DNA of 55,072 bases from Deltaproteobacteria bacterium (GTDB taxonomy: Bacteria; Desulfobacterota; Desulfobacteria; Desulfobacterales; JAUWMJ01), in assembly GCA_030638575.1 (NCBI GenBank), contig DAOWEJ010000105.1:1-55072 (forward strand), given 5' to 3'. This document shows positions 18,355 to 27,110 of this stretch, piece after piece. The translations under genes and the position numbers were made by a program. Positions within the stretch are counted from its first letter, which is position 1, and each line of letters opens with the position of its first letter. The notes beneath the pieces were generated by a model. The model was not told the DNA's origin and made no database searches. It worked only from the letters and a program-made list of their open reading frames with translations.

Positions 18355-19710
18355 TCATCTTCCCGTCCTGTATGGCTGACTGCGAGTTAACGTTATGCTC
18401 AAAAGGCCTCGATTTTCAACGTAATCAATTGGATCAGTTGAGTCAAAGTTGCGATAGGAATATTCAACCCTTATGCTAAAGTTGATGTTTGAAGACAGCC
18501 ATCTTTCATATTCATATGTAAGCCCGACGCCGCCTCTTGTGGTCTTGTCTCTACGCACAGGGTCCTCGTCCTCATATTTGTCCTGCCGGTATGAACCGAA
18601 AATATCTCCGGTAACGCGCCTTGTAAGATTGTATTCCGCTTCCAGGCCGGCCTCATAAAATATTGACAACCCCAGGCTCTCGGCACCAAAATATGCTCCA
18701 TCGTACCCACCTGATCCTGCTAAGCTTACCGAGCCTCTTTGAAATGTTTTTTCAAAAACGACATCTGCTGTCGGGCCAGATTTGTCATCACGTCCTTCAA
18801 TTTGCTCGTCATAATCCTGGACAAAATAACCGACATCAACGTCAATTCTTTTATCCTGAGCAACCTCGTAATTAAAACCGATATATGGATTATAAATTTG
18901 ATAATCTTCTTCGGTTTTTTCAAAATCAACGTAAATATGGGTATAAGCTAAATGCCCTTCAAGTTGCCGGGAAAACCGTTTTATCAATCGTATATTGCCG
19001 TCCCATGCATTAAAATCATCTGATGGTATACCAATAAATCCATCTTCCCTGTCGTACTCAGCCTTTATATATGATACTATTATTTCACTACCCCATCGTG
19101 GAGTAAACCAATAAGTAAGACCTGCTGACGGAATATGCCGTGAATTGTCTTCAAGGGTTTCATCTTCGTTTTCAAGGATGCCGTACGCATATTCAAGATA
19201 GAAAGAATCGTTTTCACCAAACTGATTGGTAAACCTTAAACTGGCAATGTTTCTAATGTATGGCTCTCTTGATGTTCTTAAAGTAGGATCTGCTCCTATG
19301 GCAGGATCATCGGAACGCAAATAATAAATATCTTCCTCTCCAAACGGATCTTCAGTTCGCACGAAAGCATTACGTATTTCCAGCCTGCTGTTTCGCGTCA
19401 GGTCTGACCAGCCGTAAAGCAGAGCAGTATGGCGCCATGTGTCGTTCTCAGAGAACTCGTTGTAAATGGCATATGCAGGATCGTACGATATTTCTATTCC
19501 GCTGTGTTGCCACAAGAGTTCAGTAGTAAATCCTAGAGAGATAACGGTAATAAACTCATCTTCTTCAGCATCTTCCAACAGGAAATAATTATCTGTATAT
19601 TCACCGCTAACAGACATCCTTGGTAAAAACGTGGCCTGGAAACCGGCAGCGTTAGATGCAATAAATAAAATAGTGGATATTGCCACGCAAAGATAAATTT
19701 TAAATTTCAT
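18355..19710 (-). CDS. Outer-membrane beta-barrel protein (EPS/PEP-CTERM-associated porin-like)
   Basis: Signal peptide, alternating aromatic beta strands, C-terminal YVENRGLLSITL; next to the Wza-like gene. Confidence 0.75.
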   Translation of the reverse strand: MKFKIYLCVAISTILFIASNAAGFQATFLPRMSVSGEYTDNYFLLEDAEEDEFITVISLGFTTELLWQHSGIEISYDPAYAIYNEFSENDTWRHTALLYGWSDLTRNSRLEIRNAFVRTEDPFGEEDIYYLRSDDPAIGADPTLRTSREPYIRNIASLRFTNQFGENDSFYLEYAYGILENEDETLEDNSRHIPSAGLTYWFTPRWGSEIIVSYIKAEYDREDGFIGIPSDDFNAWDGNIRLIKRFSRQLEGHLAYTHIYVDFEKTEEDYQIYNPYIGFNYEVAQDKRIDVDVGYFVQDYDEQIEGRDDKSGPTADVVFEKTFQRGSVSLAGSGGYDGAYFGAESLGLSIFYEAGLEAEYNLTRRVTGDIFGSYRQDKYEDEDPVRRDKTTRGGVGLTYEYERWLSSNINFSIRVEYSYRNFDSTDPIDYVENRGLLSITLTRSQPYRTGR

Positions 19711-19787
19711 AATTGCTCCACATTGTTGTCCGTTGTATGTTGTAAGTTGTCCATTGAGAAAAGCAAGCCTAATAGCTTTTTAATTAT

Positions 19788-20105
19788 TTAGCCACCCCAG
19801 TACCATCTACCGGAGCTACAGGGAAGGCAGACACACACAGACTCACACGGACATCTGTCCGAGCGGGTCGCTCGGATAAATACAGTCATCCGCCAAAGGC
19901 GGATAAAACTGATCATTTTATCGTTGCCAAAGCTGATAATCAGCAAATTCGCAGCTATTGCAAGCAGGCTAAAATATAATGTTTTTTACTGCCCAAAGGG
20001 CATACAACCTTTTCCCGGTCGGACTCGGCCATGAAAAAAATTTGTCTGTGTATGTCTGTGTGGAGCTTGCCGAGTCGAAGCGTGCGAAGCCTGGTCGGTG
20101 GCTAA
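19788..20105. repeat. Family-Q inverted 10-mer cassette
   Basis: TTAGCCAC[insert]AGACACACACAGACTCACACGGAC ... GTCTGTGTATGTCTGTG[insert]GTGGCTAA with internal hairpins; orphan right ends at ~9961-10009 and 52811-52899. Confidence 0.8.
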
Positions 20106-20113
20106 TATTCAAA

Positions 20114-20716
20114 TTAAGGCACAATAATGGTGTCATCAGCCTGAAGCTGAACATTTTGACTGAAATCTTTCCCTTTTAAAATATCTTTATAGTTGATTCT
20201 TATCGTTTTCTCCTTTCCATTTTCTTTCCTGAAAAGGATAATCTCTTTTTTAGATGCCCATTCCGTGAATCCCCCTGCAAGGGCAAATGCCTGGAGAACC
20301 GTAAGGTTTTTTACAAGAGGGTACTCTCCGGTATTGACGACTTCTCCTAAAATATAGATCCTCTTGCTCGCCGGACTTCTGATAGTTACAGTGACAACAG
20401 GATTGGATATATATCCCTTTAATTTATTCTGGATATCTTTTTTAAGCTCCAAAGGCGTTCGGCCACCTGCCTGGACATCGTCAAGAAGAGGAAAAGAAAT
20501 TTTTCCGTCGATCCTTACTAAAATTTCCTCCCTTGAAAAATCAAGCTCTTTCCACGTAGTAATATCTATAATATCACCGCTGCCGATCCTGTAAGGATTT
20601 ACACTGAACTTTGTATCTGCTGCTGAAGGCTTTTGTTCACCTGCATAGACATTGGATGCAGTATATGTGAGAATAAATGCCAAACAAATGCTTATGAAGA
20701 TAAAATGCTTTTTCAT
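20114..20716 (-). CDS. Polysaccharide export protein (Wza/Poly_export + SLBB)
   Basis: YRIGSGD, DGKISFPL, GEV..G.YPL, ALAGG, DDTIIVP. Confidence 0.92.
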   Translation of the reverse strand: MKKHFIFISICLAFILTYTASNVYAGEQKPSAADTKFSVNPYRIGSGDIIDITTWKELDFSREEILVRIDGKISFPLLDDVQAGGRTPLELKKDIQNKLKGYISNPVVTVTIRSPASKRIYILGEVVNTGEYPLVKNLTVLQAFALAGGFTEWASKKEIILFRKENGKEKTIRINYKDILKGKDFSQNVQLQADDTIIVP

Positions 20717-20740
20717 GATGATTTCTCCATTTCAATATTT

Positions 20741-20968
20741 TTAGACAGGATTAACAGGATGGTCAGGATTATATTTATTTTTTCACTTCCCGGATGGAAG
20801 TGAAAAAGCCTAATCCGCTTTCAGCGGAAAGAAGTTTTCTTTTCGCCGAAGGCGAATTGAATTTTCTCAGTTTCCTGCAGCCGTCGCAGCTTGGCAGATG
20901 CTATGGCGAGGCAAGCCGGGAAGTGATGAAAATTTAAAATATCATGTATAATCCTGTTTATCCTGTCT
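20741..20968. repeat. Family-A cassette (reverse orientation)
   Basis: TTAGACAGGATTAACAGGATGGTCAGGATT...AATCCTGTTTATCCTGTCT; insert 20878-20916. Confidence 0.9.
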
Positions 20969-21111
20969 GATTAAAAATTTTTTATATAGCTCCGCCTGGT
21001 CAATTACAACTGGTTTGTGCAATCAACGCAGACAAGCAAAGCATAACAATCGTACCTTTAAGACGAGATTTAAAAATAAACAAATAAGACTAAAAAGAAC
21101 CTTAACAGCCT

Positions 21112-21960
21112 TTAGTCTTTACCGTAGTATTTACCATATTGGGAATATTTGCCGTATCCGTAATATGCAGATGAACGTACATCGAACCAATTAACAACAA
21201 TTCCGAGCACCTTTTCTTTCCCCATCATTTCAAGCAAATCCCCAACAAGCTCACGCCGTGTACTGCCTGCTTTCACGACCAGAAGAATCCCGTCAACCTG
21301 CCTGGCGATGACACTTGTCTCTGATGTCAGGTGCGGTGGCGGTGAATCTATAATAATATAACGGTCATTATATCTTGACGTTACTTCTTTAAGAAGCTCT
21401 GCCATTTTTTTTGAAGACATAAGTTCAGCCGGATTTTGAGGCGGTCTACCGCCCGGTAAAATGGTCAACTTGTTTATCTCGGTCTTTAAAAGCAGCGAGG
21501 ATAAAGATGTACCTTTTGACAGATGTTCGCTAAGTCCTTTAACATCATGAAATCCGAAATTGCCATGAATAGTGGCTTTGCGCATATCACAGTCCATCAA
21601 AAGAACATGCTGATCAATATTCTGGGCAATGCTTACCGCCAAATTGGATGACACGAAAGACTTTCCCTCGCCAGGAACAGCACTGGTTACCATTATTGAA
21701 CGGGGGGGCTTACCGGAAACAGGAAACAAAATATTTGTTCTTAGATGTTTGAATTGTTCAGACTCAAAAGATTGGGGCTCAAGAAGCGACACAATATTCT
21801 CATCGACGTCCCTGCTTTTAAAAACTGTCTTGATTGCCCCGGAGGACGCCTTTTCTCTTGCATTTCTGTCATATACTTTAAACATAGAGGCTTTATCTGT
21901 TGAGACTGAAGCCTTGTTTTCCTTGTCTGATTTTATCAGTGCATCGTTTATTTTGCCCAA
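21112..21960 (-). CDS. BY-kinase (CpsD/CapB tyrosine autokinase)
   Basis: GEGKS, DCDMR, DSPP, C-terminal tyrosine cluster YYGYGKYSQYGKYY. Confidence 0.95.
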   Translation of the reverse strand: MGKINDALIKSDKENKASVSTDKASMFKVYDRNAREKASSGAIKTVFKSRDVDENIVSLLEPQSFESEQFKHLRTNILFPVSGKPPRSIMVTSAVPGEGKSFVSSNLAVSIAQNIDQHVLLMDCDMRKATIHGNFGFHDVKGLSEHLSKGTSLSSLLLKTEINKLTILPGGRPPQNPAELMSSKKMAELLKEVTSRYNDRYIIIDSPPPHLTSETSVIARQVDGILLVVKAGSTRRELVGDLLEMMGKEKVLGIVVNWFDVRSSAYYGYGKYSQYGKYYGKD

Positions 21961-21997
21961 TTTTCTTCCCTCACCAAATTAATATATTTATAGTTGA

Positions 21998-23548
21998 TTA
22001 TGTAATGCCTTTAAGGCCCGCAAGGTCAAAACCGGTCAGTGAAATAAAAGTAAAACTTGCCAGCAATGCAAATGATACTATGACGAAAAAAATACTCAAA
22101 ACCTGATTAAATCTTTGCTTTCTTATATCTTTAGGGTGGAGGACTAAAGGAATAGTGGCAAGAACAGGGAGTTCAAGAAACGACTCAATCTCTTCAGGCC
22201 GCCTGAAAGAAGTGTCAAGATATTCCAGTAAAAAGACAAACCCGCACCCTATCCCCAGGCCTGCAGCTACAAAAAGTAAAAACAATTTGTTCATATCGGG
22301 CTCGCTCGGCCGTTCTGCCATCCTTGCAGGATCAATAATTCGGAATTGCTCACCCTTTTTCTTTATCTCCATATTTACCGATATTTCTGCTTCGAGCTTA
22401 CGGCCCAATAGAGAATTATATGTTTCATTTATATTATCATAATCCCTTCTTAAAGATAAAAGCTCCTGTTCTCTTTTCGGAGTATCTTCAACCCGCTTTT
22501 CAAGATTTTTTATCTGGTTAACTATTTGTAAAATATCCGCCTCCAGAGTCTTTTTTTCACTTTTTATCTCTTCATACTGTCTCCTATCCGAAGCATTCAA
22601 GCCCGACACACCTACAGGCGACTCTACTCCATCTTTATTGGCTGCCTCAAGATCTGCCAGGATCCTTGTAAGCCTGATAATGTCAGGATGCTTATTTGTA
22701 TATCTTGTTTTAAGGTTTGCGAGTTGTTCTTTTATTTGCACGGGATCCGTAGAATCTTCGATTCCCGGTTGAACCGGTTGGGTGGGTGTTTGAGTTCCTG
22801 TTATTCTTGGTATCTGGTTTTCCAACATTGCAAGTCTGTTCCTGGCATCCCGGAGGCTTTCCTGTTTTTCACCCATCTGCACCTGCAATCTGTCAAGTAT
22901 TCTTAAGTTGGTTTCAAGCTGTTCCGGAAGGCTTCCCATGTATCTTTCACGGTAATTCTTAATTCCCTGTTCAACTTCCACAAGCCTTTTTCTCATGGTG
23001 CTGAGTTCATCTTCAAGAAAGACATTCGTTCCTATAGCCCGTTCTTGTCTGTATTTGAGATTTTCAATTATAAAATAATTTGCAAGAGCATTTGTTACAT
23101 CTTTAACAGTTTTAGGATCTTTCCCTTTAAATGAAATCGAAAAGGCATCGGCAGGAGCCCGGCGTCGTCCTCTTATAAGGTTAATGGAAATCCTCTTACA
23201 AATCGCATCAACTTTATCCTCCATAAAAATCTTGTCATGCTCCGGCTTCGGAAATAGATTGAATTCACCTATTATCTTTTCAATGTTTGTACGACTTGTT
23301 ATCTGCTGCGATATGGTGTTTATCATGGAGTCAAGATCAACAGAAATGACCGGGCGGACGAACTCTTCAGGGACTCTTTGGGGTTGAATCAGAATCAAAG
23401 TATCTGAAGTGTAAATCTTAGGGGCAGTCAGAACAAAGCAAATCCCCACGATCATGGAAAGACAAAAAGGGATAATAATGTACCAGCGACGTCTTAAGAT
23501 TATCTCTATAATGTCTCCAGGTTTTATTGTTTCTACGGGGTTGCGCAT
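21998..23548 (-). CDS. Polysaccharide chain-length determinant / Wzc N-terminal (GumC-like)
   Basis: N- and C-terminal TM helices, coiled coil, YTNKHPDI, FRIIDPA. Confidence 0.92.
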   Translation of the reverse strand: MRNPVETIKPGDIIEIILRRRWYIIIPFCLSMIVGICFVLTAPKIYTSDTLILIQPQRVPEEFVRPVISVDLDSMINTISQQITSRTNIEKIIGEFNLFPKPEHDKIFMEDKVDAICKRISINLIRGRRRAPADAFSISFKGKDPKTVKDVTNALANYFIIENLKYRQERAIGTNVFLEDELSTMRKRLVEVEQGIKNYRERYMGSLPEQLETNLRILDRLQVQMGEKQESLRDARNRLAMLENQIPRITGTQTPTQPVQPGIEDSTDPVQIKEQLANLKTRYTNKHPDIIRLTRILADLEAANKDGVESPVGVSGLNASDRRQYEEIKSEKKTLEADILQIVNQIKNLEKRVEDTPKREQELLSLRRDYDNINETYNSLLGRKLEAEISVNMEIKKKGEQFRIIDPARMAERPSEPDMNKLFLLFVAAGLGIGCGFVFLLEYLDTSFRRPEEIESFLELPVLATIPLVLHPKDIRKQRFNQVLSIFFVIVSFALLASFTFISLTGFDLAGLKGIT

Positions 23549-23565
23549 TGTTTTGTAGTCCTCAT

Positions 23566-24522
23566 TTATGTAATATTGTATGCCTTTATTTTATTCAGAA
23601 GGGATTTATAACTTATATTTAGCATCGTTGCAGCCTTTTTTCTGTTCCAGTTTGTCCTTTCAAGAGCCTGTTTCATAAGCTTTTGTTCAGCCTGTGCATT
23701 AATTTCCCTGCAAATATCCTTTAAGGGCAAATTTCCTGAGTCATGTATATAGTTATTAACATCGGCAACCTGTCCAAGATTATGGGTGTATTCATTTATT
23801 TTGCTTTGACTGTTAAGTAGGCTGATTATGCTGTCTTCATTGCCGAGAGCCACTGCACCTTTTACCATATTTTCCAGTTCCGATATATTCCCTGGCCAGT
23901 GATAGTTGAAAAGTGTGTTTTTGATTTTCCGTGACAACCTGTAACGGCTTTTGCCCAGTTCAATACAGTACTTATCTGTAAAAAAATCGGCCAGAAAAGG
24001 TATATCCTCTAGCCTGTGCCTAAGCGGCGGCATCTTCATGCTGATTGCATTTAAGCGATAATAAAGATTTTTCAGGAAAACTCTTTTATGAACAAGTACT
24101 TCAACATCATTGCTGGTCGAGGATATAATTCGAACATCGATATTTCCTTTTAGAATTAAAAGAAGCTCGGCCTGGTAGGCAGCCGGCAGTTGTCCAATTT
24201 CATCTAAAAAGAGGGTCCCTGTGTTTGCGACAGCAAATATTCCCTCTTCATGCTGATTTAAATCCTTAAAAGCAGGGACATTTCTCCCCAGCAGGTCTCT
24301 TTCCGACATTTCATTCATCAGGGCAGAGCAGTTTACCTTGATAAATGGATTATCTCGCCTGTCTGACCGGTATTGTATAATCTTTGCCACAAGTTCTCTG
24401 CCCGTTCCTTTTTCTCCTTTTAGTAAAACCGGCTCCTTCGAACGGCTCAAATCAGGAATCATCTCTTTGATTTTAACAATCTCCGAGCTGTTTCCTATGA
24501 TTGTCGGGCATTCATTTAGCAT
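23566..24522 (-). CDS. Degenerate sigma54 enhancer-binding protein (AAA+ and Fis-type HTH, no GAFTGA)
   Basis: GEKGTGRE, FIKVNC, TLFLDEIG, YYRLN, WPGN; GAFTGA position reads PAFKDL. Confidence 0.85.
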   Translation of the reverse strand: MLNECPTIIGNSSEIVKIKEMIPDLSRSKEPVLLKGEKGTGRELVAKIIQYRSDRRDNPFIKVNCSALMNEMSERDLLGRNVPAFKDLNQHEEGIFAVANTGTLFLDEIGQLPAAYQAELLLILKGNIDVRIISSTSNDVEVLVHKRVFLKNLYYRLNAISMKMPPLRHRLEDIPFLADFFTDKYCIELGKSRYRLSRKIKNTLFNYHWPGNISELENMVKGAVALGNEDSIISLLNSQSKINEYTHNLGQVADVNNYIHDSGNLPLKDICREINAQAEQKLMKQALERTNWNRKKAATMLNISYKSLLNKIKAYNIT

Positions 24523-24675
24523 TTTTTTCTTTGTCCTAAAAAAATTGTCAGTTGTCAGTTGTTTATGTTTGCCTCAGTGAAATACGCTTCGCTGTCAATA
24601 ATGTGAATTTCACGGGGTAAATTGTCTATTGATTGTTGTCCTTATATATGATCTTGTTCCGCCACAACTTAAGGT

Positions 24676-24842
24676 GAGACCTTTGCAAAACGCCCCCTTT
24701 CGAAGTCTGCGCTTATCTGCCCAATCTCTGCGTCAGGCTCAAATTTTGGCACTTTAGTGAAGCTTCAGCGCTATCCTAGATCCGCCTCAGGCGGATCGCC
24801 TTCCTTGACCTTGAACAAAATTGAACATTTTGCAAAGGTCTC
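24676..24842. mobile_element. MITE family C, copy 2
   Basis: GAGACCTTTGCAAAA...TTTTGCAAAGGTCTC with perfect 5-bp TSD AAGGT. Confidence 0.9.
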
Positions 24843-24853
24843 AAGGTGTGAAT

Positions 24854-24870
24854 AGCAAATCGCATGCCAA
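24854..24870 (-). promoter_or_regulatory. sigma54 promoter for the EPS export operon
   Basis: Minus strand TTGGCATGCGATTTGCT. Confidence 0.8.
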
Positions 24871-25254
24871 GTAATGGAATGGCCTTTTAAAAACCACGGA
24901 AGAAACAGACAATTTAACCAATATCAGGGAAAACTATTACTATTTATTGGTAAAATATTACTTTTAATATTTGTAAGATTTTGTTAAAATTAATTTTTAT
25001 ATAACATTTATTAAACTTGATTTATAAAAAATGAGAAATAATTTTCCTATAATGTGAATATAATTTCATGATTATTGTGAAAATTTATGCCATTCTACAC
25101 AATACTTTTCAAAATAATATGCTTGTTAAATTCTCATGAATGCTTTATATAAATTTTAAATAATTTACCACAAAAAGACACGGAATATCACTGACAAAGA
25201 CAAAAGACTCGCATCCTGTTGTAATCACCATAAAAGTATATAACTTAAACAGGT

Positions 25255-25396
25255 GAGACCTTTGAAAAACGCCCTCTTTTGTCCGATTTTTGCGTCAGGC
25301 TCAAATTTTAATCCTCGATCCGCCTCAGGCGGACCTGTGGTTAAAATTTTCGCCTTCCTTGAACTCGAACAAAATTGAACATTTTTCAAAGGTCTC
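25255..25396. mobile_element. MITE family C, copy 3
   Basis: GAGACCTTTGAAAAA...TTTTTCAAAGGTCTC with TSD AGGT. Confidence 0.9.
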
Positions 25397-25424
25397 AGGT
25401 TCAGTGAAAATGGAAGGGGTTGAA

Positions 25425-25802
25425 ATGAACAAATCATACAAACTATTGATAATTGATGATAATAAGGAAACCCTGTCAATGCTTCATGCATTTTTTAGCA
25501 AAAAGAATTATGAAGTTGTCTCTTCCCTAAGCGGCCTCGATGGACTTAAATTGTTTGAATCTGAAAAAAAGGGGTTCGATCTGGTTATAACGGACCTTGT
25601 GATGCCCAACATCAGCGGGGTTGCAGTCATTTCTATTATAAAGAAAAAAAATCCCGATACGCCTGTTATAGCAATAACGGGATGGGGTGAACATCCGGAA
25701 GCTTTGGCTTCAGAGGCAAAAGCCGACCTCATATTGTCAAAACCATTGCAGCTTGATGAACTGGAAGTTTCAATTCTCGATTTGCTTTCAATAAAAAAGT
25801 AG
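25425..25802 (+). CDS. Stand-alone response regulator receiver protein
   Basis: LLIIDD, DLVITDLVMP, AITG, KP; the track's 25290 start lies inside a MITE. Confidence 0.9.
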   Translation: MNKSYKLLIIDDNKETLSMLHAFFSKKNYEVVSSLSGLDGLKLFESEKKGFDLVITDLVMPNISGVAVISIIKKKNPDTPVIAITGWGEHPEALASEAKADLILSKPLQLDELEVSILDLLSIKK

Positions 25803-25812
25803 GCCTTGATAT

Positions 25813-26862
25813 ATGGAGAAAGATAAACAAACAGCACCCACCATAATCGGTTTAAGCCCGAATGTAGTAAAAACAAAAGAGCTTATAAATCACGTTGCTG
25901 ATACAGGTTTAAATATAATTATCTGTGGGGAAAGCGGCGTCGGAAAGGAAGTTGTTGCGCAGAACCTTTACCATCGTTCTCCCAGGAAAGGAAAGCCTTT
26001 TGTAAAAATCAACTGTGCAGCATTACCGGAGGGGCTTCTTGAAAGCGAACTGTTTGGCTTTGAACAGGGGGCTTTTACCGGTGCTGAACGCAGAAAACGC
26101 GGAAAATTCGAGCTGGCTCATGGAGGAGTTTTATTATTGGATGAAATCGGCGACATGTCCCTGTCGCTTCAGGCAAAACTTCTTCATGTCCTTCAAAGCG
26201 GCGAGTTCTCTCGATTAGGCTCTGAAAAAGAGTTAAAAACAGACACCTGGATTTTAGCAGCCACCAACCATGAACTCGAGGAGGACATTAAAAATGAAAA
26301 ATTCAGGGAAGACCTGTACTACCGGCTCAATATTATTAAAATCTACCTTTCTCCGCTTCGTGAAAGACCTGAAGATATTCCGGTCCTAATAGACTATTAT
26401 TTAAAAAAATATTCTCCTCGATTTAGGAATAATTCGCTAAATCCCGATTACAGTTTAATTGAAAAGCTGCAAGAATACCACTGGCCCGGAAATGTCAGGG
26501 AACTTCAGAATGTTCTAAAACGGATTCTCGTTCTGGGTAACTGGGAAGAGATTGTTGATGAGCTTACACGCAGTACTTATGCCAAAAACGATTCAACTTC
26601 GGACAAGGCGTCTTCAAAAGAGCCTTCAGTTGTCTCTGATATATTGAATTCTGCCGATGGGCCATTGCAGAATCTTGAATCATTTTCCCTTAAGGACATT
26701 AAGAGAAGAGCACTCAATAGAGTCGAAAAAGAGGCAATCTCTTATGTCCTTGATAGAACAGATTGGAACCGGAGCAAAGCAGCCAAGATTTTAAAAATCA
26801 GCTATAAGACATTATTATACAAAATAAGCGATCTTAAGATAGTGCCCCCAAAAAAATTCTAA
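25813..26862 (+). CDS. sigma54 enhancer-binding protein without an N-terminal sensory domain
   Basis: GESGVGKE, ESELFG, GAFTGA, LLLDEIG, FREDLYYRLN, WPGNVREL, Fis-type HTH. Confidence 0.95.
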   Translation: MEKDKQTAPTIIGLSPNVVKTKELINHVADTGLNIIICGESGVGKEVVAQNLYHRSPRKGKPFVKINCAALPEGLLESELFGFEQGAFTGAERRKRGKFELAHGGVLLLDEIGDMSLSLQAKLLHVLQSGEFSRLGSEKELKTDTWILAATNHELEEDIKNEKFREDLYYRLNIIKIYLSPLRERPEDIPVLIDYYLKKYSPRFRNNSLNPDYSLIEKLQEYHWPGNVRELQNVLKRILVLGNWEEIVDELTRSTYAKNDSTSDKASSKEPSVVSDILNSADGPLQNLESFSLKDIKRRALNRVEKEAISYVLDRTDWNRSKAAKILKISYKTLLYKISDLKIVPPKKF

Positions 26863-27049
26863 GGATCAACGGCTTCGTAAAAAATCCAACTTCTGCGTTG
26901 CGCTGCATAAGGACTATCAGGGAGTGCCGAAAGTTCGGATATTCATTTTATATTCCTGAAAGAAGAAGCAAGGAACGACGCAACGGAAAAAATAGAAGAA
27001 AAATTATCGGCTAATACCCGTTTGTACAATTGTAAAAAAGGGCAATAAG

Positions 27050-27084
27050 AAACCGCCCTGGGATTTTATCCAGGGCGGTTTTTT
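27050..27084. terminator. Intrinsic terminator between convergent genes
   Basis: AAACCGCCCTGG-loop-CCAGGGCGGTTT followed by a T-run. Confidence 0.8.
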
Positions 27085-27110
27085 GTTAAGCTGTTTTGTA
27101 ACGTTTTTTA

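Noticed and set aside
25225-25424. N-terminal extension of the REC protein (start 25290) and ORF 25225-25491
   Set aside because: Both derive from MITE sequence; an RBS and ATG at 25425 give a normal receiver domain.
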